Below, in pieces: positions 27,601 through 39,600 of a stretch of DNA of 64,000 nucleotides. The translations under genes and the position numbers were made by a program. This DNA comes from Lama guanicoe (taxonomy: Eukaryota). Numbering within the stretch: position 1 is the stretch's first letter; each line of letters opens with the position of its first letter. The stretch covers positions 2,563,058-2,627,057 of the forward strand of contig MU053487.1 of assembly GCA_013239625.1 (NCBI GenBank). The letters are read 5' to 3'. The notes below the pieces were generated by a model, which worked only from the letters and a program-made list of their open reading frames with translations, made no database searches and was not told the DNA's origin.

Positions 27601-30600
27601 ACTGATATTTATTATATTAGAAATTAAAGCTAAGAAATTAAAAAAATATTTGTTTAGTTCACTTAAAAATAACAGTTACAAACCTATTACATGTAAGTGT
27701 AAATACTTCTATGAAAATTACCTGTATTTACCAAAGCACAATTTGTTTTACATTTTTGCTTATCTTATTGCCTGGCTTAGTAGCAAATAGCTAGACTTTC
27801 ATGCCTGTTTCTACATTCAGTCTGTTGTAATGTGTTAAATGTTGGTTGAAATGTATGAAGAAAATCTGTCCTCATGCAGATACGTATGTAAGAAACAGGA
27901 CCTCATAGACCCTAAGAAAAGGTCTCAGGACCCTAGGATTTTTGGACCACAGTTTGAAAACTGCTACATTAGACTTTTGGTTTTATTCACAAAAGAGGCT
28001 TGATGATTGGGTGCGAATTCTGATAAATAAAATTATTTTTGTTTTGTTTTTTGTTTTTCCTGTTCATTTGGGTTTCATTCATTTTGTAGTAGTACTTGTG
28101 GGTTGATTTTGGTTTTTGTTTTTGTTTTAGTTTTGGTTTTATACCACATGCAATTTTAGCAGCTTTTTGCTGGGATGGAGAAATAGGCACTGGCTTACTT
28201 ATTCATTCTTAATGTTATTAATCAGCTTCTTAGTTAATCTAGAGGTTGGCAGCCTTTCCACATTTCTACCTCTTTGCTTATTTGTTGCAGGGGAGTAGAG
28301 TGGGTCTTGTTATTTTCATAGTAAAATGTCACCTGGGACAGTGCAATAAAGCAGTAATGCTGCCTGGAATCTCACAGTTCTGCTATTTGTTATTATGATC
28401 GGTAAGGTCGTTGAGAATGAGGAGGGGAAAGATAGTGAAGTGGCAAAAGCAAATGCCATATTCGTCCTAGCTTAGCCTGAGGGTTAGTTCTGTTATGTCC
28501 TCGTGCCCCTCCCCACCTTGCTACTTTAACTGCCTTTTTGTGAAATGTCTTCTTTACGTCACCCAGTGCCTAGCATATGCTTGGCAGATGACAAACATTT
28601 AATAAATATGTGATGAATGAATGGTTGGATTTTTGGACTGTCGATTGCCAACCTTTCTCATTTAACTCTGATAGTGAGCGTTTGTCCATTTTTGTAATTC
28701 CCATGGGTGTGAGTGAACCTTGTCTGAAGGGGAGAGTGAGGAGTTAGCAATAAAAGCCCTGCACTGTGTTTTTCTTAATTGATAGAAGACTTTCTTAAGG
28801 TACCTTGAATTTTCCCTAGAAATATGTTCAAAGTTTGTTTTTTGGTTTTTTTTTAAGAACAAAAATTGCCTGAGATACATTGGATTTTGCTTTGGAAGAA
28901 CACAATGTGTTCTTGCAACATGTGGCAGCAGTTCGTGCTTAGCCTCCCCGTTGACGTGTGCTGTGACCATGGTTTTCCTGTGCACTCTTGCATGTTGGCA
29001 GAAGACTTGTCCGCCGGGCTGATGCACGCTCCCTTTCTCCCCACTCACTTATCCTTTGTTGATAAATAGAAGATAAGTTGTGTAGACGTTCAGAACATTC
29101 TTCTTTAGTACTCACATTAAAATCCTAGAATAGTTTCATTTTGGAAAGAGTCAGGAATTCACTTTTATAATATTATAGGCTATGGACACCACTTTCTTGT
29201 ATCTGGTGGTTGCAAAATGAGAAGGTGAGACGTTTCTGGTTAGTAAGTAAACTCTCAATATCTCCTCCTTCAACATTGAAATGGGACTCATTGTTGGAGG
29301 CAGACTTTGTGTAAGGAAGTGGCTTCACTTGTGGTACGCTGTAGAATGGGTTTGCAGTAAGTTTTCTGTATGTGGAAATAGAAATGTGTTTTATTGCCTT
29401 TAAAATTTTTTATTTTATTTTTTCAGTACTTAACATTTCTGTAAAGCAGGGTGGAGTTGGAAAACAGTGGGTTTCTGTATGTCTCTCAGAGGTATGACAC
29501 GCTATATTTGGTTGAGAGTTAGAAGCCATTAGTAATTGATTGGTTCAGAAATTCTAGGTTAGTAAGATATGTTCTTGCTCACTGGGGCTTGATCAGTGTC
29601 AGCATCCTTAGTTTTAAAAAATAATGCAAGATAAGGATTGTTTCTTAAATCCTATATATTCAAGTTGATTTATCATGAGGGAAAAGTTGGATGACTCAAT
29701 TCTTGTATTTGATTTGAGGATGTTGAATTAGAAGTCTCAAAGGTGCCTTTTTAGATATAAAATTATATGGTTCTCTGACAAGGTGGCAGGAAGTAGGAAG
29801 AGAAGATTAAATTTAAATGAAAAGAACTGTGGAACCAGATCTGTCCTACCATTAGTAGGACGGATAATCAAGTGACTTAGGAAATCTATTTCAGTATATT
29901 AAACACTAAAAGTAGAATATAATATAGGAAAATATATGAACATTTACTTAGTGTGGTTAGAAAACTTAATTATTAGAAAATGATATCTAAATAGGAACTT
30001 TGTGGCCTGGATTTTTGTTGTTGTTTGAGAAAGTGAGAGCACTACATCTTGTTTTTGTACAGTACTGGATTCTGGAATTTAAAAAATGAAAACCAGGAAA
30101 ATTCATTTGGTATTGACTGTATACAATTTTGTTTTACTTTGCTTAATTGACAAAAGTTTCTCATTTAAGACTGTATCTTTTTGGAAGAACATCAGAGCTA
30201 TCTTCAGGTTCTCCAGAGCCGGATTTAAGATACTTCTGTGAAGTGCTTTAAATTGCTAAAATACAATTTGACATGCTGAACAACAGCGGTAATGAAAAAA
30301 TGCTGATGATATCCAAGCATTAAAAAATATTGGCATTCCGTTTTCCATTTTTTTCTTTCCCAGATTTAAACCTTCAGCAAAAACTAAGCAGTAAGCACTC
30401 TATCATTGAATTTCTTTCCCATAATTGATCACTTTACTTGACTGATTTTTTTAAGAAACTAAGAAACTTATTTCTTGTTAGTAGCAAGAGATGTTTCTTC
30501 ATGCTTGACACCAGAATTTATAGTAAATGAATATCTTAATAAAATAGGCATCATTTTCCTTTAAATATTTTATTTACTGACATATTTATGTATAAGGATG

Positions 30601-33600
30601 ATCATCTTGGTGTTTTGCAGGCAAATGCCAGTAAAGTTAGAGTACAAATCTTTAAAAATAATTTCAGCCAATTAATATGCCTTTGGAATTTAGACTTTTT
30701 TTGAGCTATGGTATTGTACTTTGGGCATATAAAATGAATAAATAGGATAGATTTTTTACAATATCAAATACATGGTTGCCAAAGAAGTTCTTAAAAAAAA
30801 TATTGAGCGAAGTTAAGTTATGTTTCCCGGTTACCAGAATTCAGTCTTTCTGTTGCCTTTTTCCGTACCTTCTGCACTTTGCCATTAAGAAAATGCTTTA
30901 GGACACGTGTTTGTCTTTAGGTATGCAATTCCTGTGCCCAAACCACTGTCTGTCAAGTCAAGTTGTGGTTAATAAAAGGGCTTTTTTATGAGATACAATA
31001 GGTTGAAGTCCCACATTTCTTGTATCACTGGGAGTGAAAATACTACACAGCAATGAACTGTCTCCCCTGGATATGTGTTTCTTGACAGGATTGATAACCT
31101 ATCTTGAAAACTAATGTTTTATTTAGTCTATCTCTTTGGTAAAGGGAAGTCTGATATCTTCTAATGTGAGAGGACTAAGGGAAATAATCTGTGATAATAG
31201 CAGTAGAAGTTATACAGGATTTTATTGTGCCAGTAAGGAGAAAAAGAGGGGGAGAGAGAGAGTGTGTGTGTGTGCGCGCGCGCGCATGTGCGCACACACA
31301 CATGTATACAAATGTACATAAACACACACGTATAGTCTTGGTGTCAGGTTACCCAGCTCTTGCACTGGGCCTGTCTGATTTTGTTTGATGCTGGGTGAGC
31401 TGTCCTTAAAGGTCTTACTACTTTAGCCTAGATGATTGCCTCTGCAGAGCCTGAATTCTTACTCATTTCACCCAAGAACTCCCTGCTGGTAGTTCTTACT
31501 GTTGAATCAGATGAAGATTTCTTTCTAGTTAACTACCCTAATTCGAAACTTATGCAAACAATAGGTTTAATTTCCAGAATACTTTGTTTTAATATTATGA
31601 TTCAGCCAGTAAATGTTAAAAAAAACTTCTTTTTTATTATATGGTTAGGTTTTTAAAAATAAGATTAGTCAAAAAATAATTTTTTCATTCTTAAAAATGT
31701 TCTAGTGAGTATACAGTAGCATTACCTAATTATTGATAATAGGTAAGAACTGCATTGTAAACAAAGAAGCAATTGAAATTATATACTACAGAAGTAGGTA
31801 CAAGTCTTCATGTCTTTAAATTTGCTATCCATAAGGGTGCTTGTGGGGAGAGTGGGCAATCTTTAGTAATTTAATAGTTTTTCTAACTTCTAAGCTTAAG
31901 TTCATATAAGCAGTTTTAAGATCTGAATCCAGAACTCAACAACAGATTGGTTTTGGTGACTGGGCATTTCTTGTGGCTTTGTTGAACTACTCAAATATCT
32001 CTTGGCTTAAAACAATGAGTTTTTTTTTTTAACATGTCCTGCTACTGCTGCTCTTTAGTTCCCATAAATTGAATGTGAAACACTTAAACTCAATAATAGT
32101 ATTTCTTGAGGTACTTGTCTTCTGTTGTTTTCATTATAGCTTTTGAGGAACTTGAGAAAGCCTTGAGTACAGCCCAAAAAACAGAAGAAGCACGGAGGAA
32201 ATTGAAAGCAGAAATGGATGAACAAATAAAAGCCCTTGAAAAAACAAGTGAGGAGGAACATAAGAGACTTCAACAGGAATTAAGTCGCATGAAACAGGAG
32301 GTTGTTGATGTAACGAAAGTAAGAATAATTCTAAATTGAAATGGGCTACAGCAGTTTTGAAACTTAACTCTTGTGCTTTTCCTACAATCTTTGACAGTGA
32401 AGAAGAGTTAATTTGTATTTCAGACCTTGACCATTTCATGATGTTCAGGATGTAGTTCACTTTGATAGAGAAATGAATGAAAAGTATATCGTTTTGGATA
32501 TACTTTTCCAAAGATAGTCTCTGCATATAATTTCTCTTCTATGTTTTTTAATCCTCTCTTTAATTTTTTTAAACACAAAAGATGGCATGTTATATGTACT
32601 GTTCTGTATTTTGCTTTTCCACTTAATAATCTGTCCTGGAGATTGTTCTTTATTATTGAATTGATAATGATGCCCCATTTGTTTTGAAGACTGGTCAGAA
32701 TTTCATTGCATGTGTTCTTTTTTGGGGAGGATGGGTTATTAGGTTTGTTTGTTTGTTTGTTTGTTTGTTTAATTGGAGGTACTGGGGATTGAACCCAGGG
32801 CCTCACGCATGCTAGGCATGCACTCTACCACTGAGCTATACCCTCCCCCCAGAATTGCATTGTATGACCAGCTCATAATTTAATCAGTCTTCTGCTGATG
32901 GATATTTTGGTTTTCACTTTTTACTATTGGAAATTATGAATATCCTTATATTCGCTCACAAGTGTGTTTCTTTAGAATAGATTCGTAGAAGTGGAATATT
33001 ACTCAGGCAGAAATTGTGTGTATTTTAAATTTTTGCATAGTTGCTACAAACTCTACAGAGTACAGTTTATCTTGTCACAGCAGCGCATTGGAATATGTTT
33101 CTCCACATCACAAATATGGTATTACATAACTTTTTTTAACTTTCCAAGCACATATGTTAAAAAGATGACATCATTGTAGTTTTAATGTGCATATCTCTTA
33201 TCAATATGACAAACATATTTTTGTATATTTACAAGGACTTTACAGTTTTCCTTTTTTGAGTTGCCTGATCAAGTCCTTGATTCATTTCCCAATTGGGCTT
33301 TTTGTCTTTTTCTTACTGGTTTGTAGAAGCTTTTTACTTACATAAGAATTAGCCCTTTGGATATAAGGCGCTTTTATCCAAATAATTTTCTCTGTTTGCT
33401 ATTTGTTGACTTTGTTTATGATTTGCTTTTATTTTGTTTTTAGCTCTGCAGACAATTTTCTTTTCCTTAAATACTTTCTGGATTTTTGTTCTCTTTAAAA
33501 ACATATTCTCAATTGAGATTTTAAAAATTCTATTTTTTACATCTAATACTTCTATGCTTTAATTTTTTTATGGTTAAATCTTTGATCCAACTGAGTGGAG

Positions 33601-36600
33601 TGAGGTAGGGATCCAACTTAAATTTTTTCCAGATGACTACCAAGTAGCTTCCAAATCATTTCTTTAATAACCTATGTTTTCCCACGTGACAGACCATACT
33701 ACCTTTATTACATACTAAATTAGTGTAGTACTGTGTGTTGGTCTTCTACATTCTCTGTGCTATTCCACTGCTTTGTCTGATTATGTGCTGATATTACACT
33801 AACACCAGTTTTATAATATGTTCTTGTTTTAAAATATGTTCTACTATTTGGTGACCTCTCCTTATTACTCTTATTTTTCAGAAGAGATTGGCTATTCTTG
33901 CATTTCTATTTTGTCCAGTGTGCCTTCCCCTATTCTGTTGGTAGTTCTATTTGATTATATTAACAATTTGCATCTGTTTAGGGCGATTTGACATTTTTAT
34001 AAGAATGAGTCTTTTTATTCGAACAAGAACAAGGTCAATACTTTTTAATAATTAGTAGTGTGTGCCTGGAAAGCTAGGCATAATTAGATTGGTGCAGCCA
34101 GGGCCCTGGGACCACAGTGGAGGGCACTCTCTGAGAACATCCTTATTCCCTGTACTATATGCATCCCCATCATGATTGGTGGGAACATCCTTGTAAGATG
34201 TGGAATTGGCACTTCAACCCCATAAAACTGAGTATTGCAGCAGCAGCTCTCTTTGCCTTAAATGGAGAACAACAGTTTACTGGTTTTTCTTTCAACTATG
34301 GAGAGTTTGGTGACTTGATTTATGTGGAAAATATGCTCTCATTTTTCCTCTTAAGAAGCTATTAGCTTGATGATTAAACTGTAATAAAGTGTTATTTAGT
34401 TGTAGAGTTACATAGTTTATTCTGGGTGTTTCACTTTAACTATTTGGCTGATTTTCAGAAATCCTCAGAACAGATTGCTAAATTACAGAAGCTTCATGAA
34501 GAGGAGCTGGCCAGCAAAGAGCAGGAACTGACCAAGAAGTTTCAGACCCAAGAAAGGGAATTTCAGGAGCAAATGAGAGCAGCTCTTGTAAGTGTATATT
34601 TTGTTTTTGCTGCAAGTAAACTTTGCCACATTATAAGTTGTCATCTCCTCACACCTAGCTTTCTAGTTTGAGGTCAGACTACTGGCAGCCTTGACCTTTG
34701 AGTATTCAGAAGGGACTGGATGTAGACAGGAGTCAGGCTGTCAGAGCTTGTTAATTTAGTATTGTGTGAAAATTAAATTTGCTAATCTAACAAGCTTTCA
34801 TTAATCTCTTTATTACCTCTCTCACCCTGGTTATAGCCTGTGATTAGGCAGAAGTAAAGGGGAAGATAGGTTAATTGAAGCAGTGAACCAGTGACTGCAT
34901 AACTTAGGAATAATGTCTAAAAACTCCCCACACTGAATGTGGCTTGGCAAGTTTGCCTGAATGCATTTTCAGGAATAAAAAATGAAGGACTATATGTATG
35001 GATATGGATGACTGAAACATTATAGTGTCACCAGAAACTGATTCAACACTGTAAACTGACTATACTTCAATTAAAAAAATATATATATTATCTAAAAAAG
35101 ACTTCAAAAAAAAAAGAATAAAAAATGAAAATGACCATATAGTTTTCATTTTAAGTAGAATAATTTCAGTAATTTTCAACCCATATGATGTTTAAAAAAA
35201 TAAGGTAAAATAAAAATCCAACTGAGCTAACTAAAGCAATAACCAGAAAAGCAAAGATAAGAAAGATTTGTTGGAATAATATAATTTGAAAGTTTAAATC
35301 AAAAAATATTTTTTCTTAAATTGTGAAAAGCCTTTTATATGTTACCTTAAGAAGTATTAATGCTGAAAATGTAGTTTAATTGTTTTTATATGAAGTTATT
35401 ACCCGTAAGATAATATGTATACTTAAAAATACGTTTTCAGTGTGAAAGATTGAAGAAATAGTTTTTCTAATTTTAGTCTCTTTTCGTTTACACTTTTTTT
35501 TTTCACTTGCAATTAGATCTGGGGCTCTGAAAATTTCTAGCAGTAGTGATTCTTGAACTGGCTCAGGGAGTTCTCCATTCTCTGTGAGGCAAATAAGCAC
35601 ATGGATTTCCAGTGCTGTAGGCTGAGGTTAGGGGTTTAGTCCTGAAGTGTACATGTATGTGGGCACATGTTTGTATTCTTTGTTAGTCCAGAAAGGATAT
35701 AAAGTAGTCTGGAAGAATACTTAAAAACTATAGCAGGACAGCATAAATTTAAAATAGGGGCAAGGAAATTAAGGACCAAAGTGAGACATAAATGAAGCCG
35801 GGAATGGTGCTAAAAACGCCTGTCATAAAGACCTACCATGGGTTTTCATGGTGGAGTAATTGGTGTTTGGAAGCACTGAGCCTTGAATATTGGCTTTGTT
35901 GACACTGTGTTTTAGGAACTGAGATACTCAGACGTATTCTGGCTCGTGAGCACAGGACACAGACACATATGAAGCACACACATGTGCACAGGCACTTGCC
36001 CTCTTCCACTCCCCTCTCTACCTGGTTCCTCAGAGAAGTTAGCTTGGAGTTGAGAGTTGTTTTTTATATTTATGGGCATATAGAGATGCATTTAAAATAT
36101 AGTTTATATGAAACAACGTATGTTTAAAATGATGTTTTAAAGTTGATATGATAGAGACTAATATTTTCTTATCAGTCTACTTACAGTATGGTACAGAATC
36201 TTTCCTTAAAGCAGCGTGCTTCACCAGATTAATGGACTGAAAATATTGCTGTCAGCAACATGAAACCCCAAGTAATAGGTGTAGATAAGTATACTTAGAC
36301 TCCAAAGCCACTAACTGTTGAAAGTACTCTCCAGAGCTTCTCTTTTCAAAACAGTAAAAACTTTTACTATGAGTATTGACATATAATAAGGGCAGTGAGC
36401 AAAGAGACTTGTCAGGACTGATGGGTAGTAGAGCCCAGATCATCTGGAAAGAGTTATGTAGGCTTTTATGAATATTTTCTTGATCTTATCCATATATTCA
36501 CATGTAATCTTCTGATTTTGCTTTGCTTTTCCTTGTGGGGTTCTCTGTTATAATGAAGTATTTCTCAAAAATTATATACATTAAAATCTAATTTCTCAAC

Positions 36601-39600
36601 CTAGAGTTGAAATATCAAACTCTGGAGTACAGAAAAGAGGTATTGGCGGTTGTGTGACCCTTCACAATCAGCAGTATTTTGCAGAACGTTTTAAGTAGTG
36701 AAAAAATACCAGACATAGTGGTGTAGCTAGAACAAAAAATTTCATATCAGTAGTGATTGTGGCAAAGATTGGCCAGACCATGCTGGAAAAGCCACAGTGG
36801 CTTGTTTCTGCAGATTAGAGTGTGGGATGAGAGAGGTAAGGATGCCGTCTACCTTGCAGGGCTCGTGTGCAAATCAAATGAAATGAATGATGGCTGTGAA
36901 AGTGCTTTAGGAATGCTAAAGATCTGCGTGGGTCTAAGGTGGTTTTATTGTTTTGGGCACAGGAAAAAAGTCAGTCAGAGTATTTGAAAGCCACTCAAGA
37001 AAAAGAACAGCAAGAATCTTTGGCCCTGGAAGAGTTAGAGTTGCAGAAAAAAGCAATCCTCATAGAGAGTGAAAATAAACTTCGGGACCTTCAACAGGAA
37101 GCAGAGACTTACAGAACTGTAAGTTTAAATACTGTTCAGGTTCCAGAGCTGTGGAATTACTTGTATATGTATGAACCTTCTGTTATCTCTCCAGTCAGTA
37201 TGAAGTTGTAGAGAAGCTTTTGTTTTAGATTTACATATCCATGCCCTCCGTTTTCACATGGTTAGAGGTGTTCATGGCAGTGGTTTTGGTGTTTGCTGCC
37301 GGTGCTCTGGACTCTGCCCTTAGCTGTCTGTGTCTCTGCCAGCCACTCACTCTGATTCTCTGCACCCAGTCGGTGCAGCAGCTCCACTCCACTGCTTGTC
37401 CACCTTTCATCTTGAGAAGTGGTCTCACTTCACAGGCAGCACTTGCCCTGGCACCTCCCTGCTTATCCAGCTTCATCTCATGCCATGTCCTGGATGTAAT
37501 TCAGTCTCTGTTTATATCACAGTTGAGTTACCGCATTTCTCTGCTTTTACATTTAACTTCTTCTCAATTTTCCTGTATTAAAACTAGTCCTATAGTGAAC
37601 ATGTTAGTATACGTGTCTTAGTCTGCACATTTTTAAGGCTCTCTGGCCTTTCCCTCAGCAGTGTATGAAATTTTCGACCTGTTTTGAATAAACTGACTGA
37701 TGTTATTTAGACTTTCTAGCCTTTTTGCTCTGATTTAGACAGTGAAACAGTCACACTTACCCGTATTTCTAAACTATGCTTTATTTTCCCATTTCCAGCC
37801 TTTACATACGGTAATATGATAGAGGTCTAGATCTTTCACTTGGTAGCATTGTAGATTAATTATATGTTAATTTCCTTACCTGTCACATGAAGAGATTGGA
37901 TTTGGTAATTTAAGACCTTTTCCAGCTCTGACATTCCTTGGCTCTGCCTTACCGAGCTCTTTCAGTCAAGGTTGATGTTTTCATGAGATAATAGTAATTT
38001 TATCAAAGTAGTTCACTTCAGTAAAATTTGTTTAAGTTCCTTCTTTCTGAAAGAAATCTTCTCTATAATAATTTTTAGGGTAAAAACTAGATACATTGTT
38101 TTTCTTCCAAAATCAATTTATGAAAATTATAGAATACCATTTAGGCCTTTTAAAAAAACAGAAAGAAAAAAAAAAACCGTGAAAAAAGTACCCATCTTTC
38201 TACCAACAGTTACTATTATCTATTTTATGGTTTATTTCTTTTTGACTATCCATTCAGAATATTCTTGAAAATACAGGTAAATGAAATAGCCAGATAGGTA
38301 GAAAGAATCTGGAATTGAGTTGTGTGAAAAATAGAATCTTTTCTTTTTTGTATGATTCCTTTAGGAATTGAGCACAGAGTCTTTGTTCTTTCTAGTGTTT
38401 GCTGTGATATGTAGAGTTGTTTATCTAAATTTTAATCTTTAAGTAGGTGTAGACATCATGTCATTTATATCATTGCTAATAAACAAATATGTACTTTAAT
38501 AAAAACATGCTTGTTTTCATTAACAGAGAATTCTTGAATTAGAAAGTTCTTTGGAAAAAAGCTTGCAAGAAAGTAAAAATCAATCAGAAAATTTAGCTCT
38601 TCATTTGGAAGCCGAAAAAAATAAGCACAATAAAGAAATTACAATCATGGTTGAAAAACACAAATCAGAACTGGAGAGCCTGCAGCATCAGCAAGATAAC
38701 CTTTGGACTGAAAAATTCCAAGTCTTACAGCAACAGTATCAGACTGAAATGGAAAAACTTCGAGAAAAGTATGAACAAGAAAAAGAAACATTGTTGAAAG
38801 ACAAAGAGATTCTCTTTCAGGCTCACATAGAAGAGATGAATGAAAAGACTTTAGAAAAGCTTGACGTGAAGCAAACAGAACTGGAGTCTCTGTCGTCTGA
38901 ACTGTCAGAAGTATTAAAAGCCCGTGACAAGCTCGAAGAGGAACTTTCTGTACTAAAGGCTCAAGCAGATAGAGTGAAGCAGGAATTAGAGGCCAAGTTG
39001 GATGAGCAGAAAAATCATCACCAGCAACAAGTTGACAATATCATGAAAGAACAAGAGATGTCCATCCAGAGAACTGAGAAGGCACTGAAAGATGAAATTA
39101 ATCAACTTGGGCTCCTTCTGAAGGAAAAGGACAAGCATTTGAAAGAGCATCAGGCTCATGTGGAGAATTTAGAGGCAGACATTAAAAGGTCTGAAGGGGA
39201 GCTCCAGCAAGCATCTGCTAAGCTGGATCTTTTTCAGTCATTCCAGAGCACCACACACGAGCAGACAAAAGCATATGAGGAACAGTTGGCCCAGTTGCAG
39301 CAGAAGTTGTTGGGTTTGGAAACAGAAAATATTCTTCTTACCAAACAGGTAGCTGAAGTTGAAACTCAAAAGAAAGATGTTTGTACTGAGTTAGACACTC
39401 ACAAAATCCAGGTGCAGGACTTAATGCAGCAACTTGAAAAACAGAATAGTGAAGTGGAGGAAAAAGTAAAATCTTTAACCCAACTCTATGAGTCCCAACT
39501 TAGAGATAGTAACACAGAGCAGGAACAGACAAAGCAACTCTTAAAGGAAAAGGAAAATGTAATTTTACAAATGAGAGAAGGACAGAGCAAAGAAATTGAA

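Noticed and set aside
28866..29069. Cys/His-rich 67-aa ORF and overlapping minus-strand ORFs
   Set aside because: Non-ATG start in the track, no recognisable domain, and length expected by chance.
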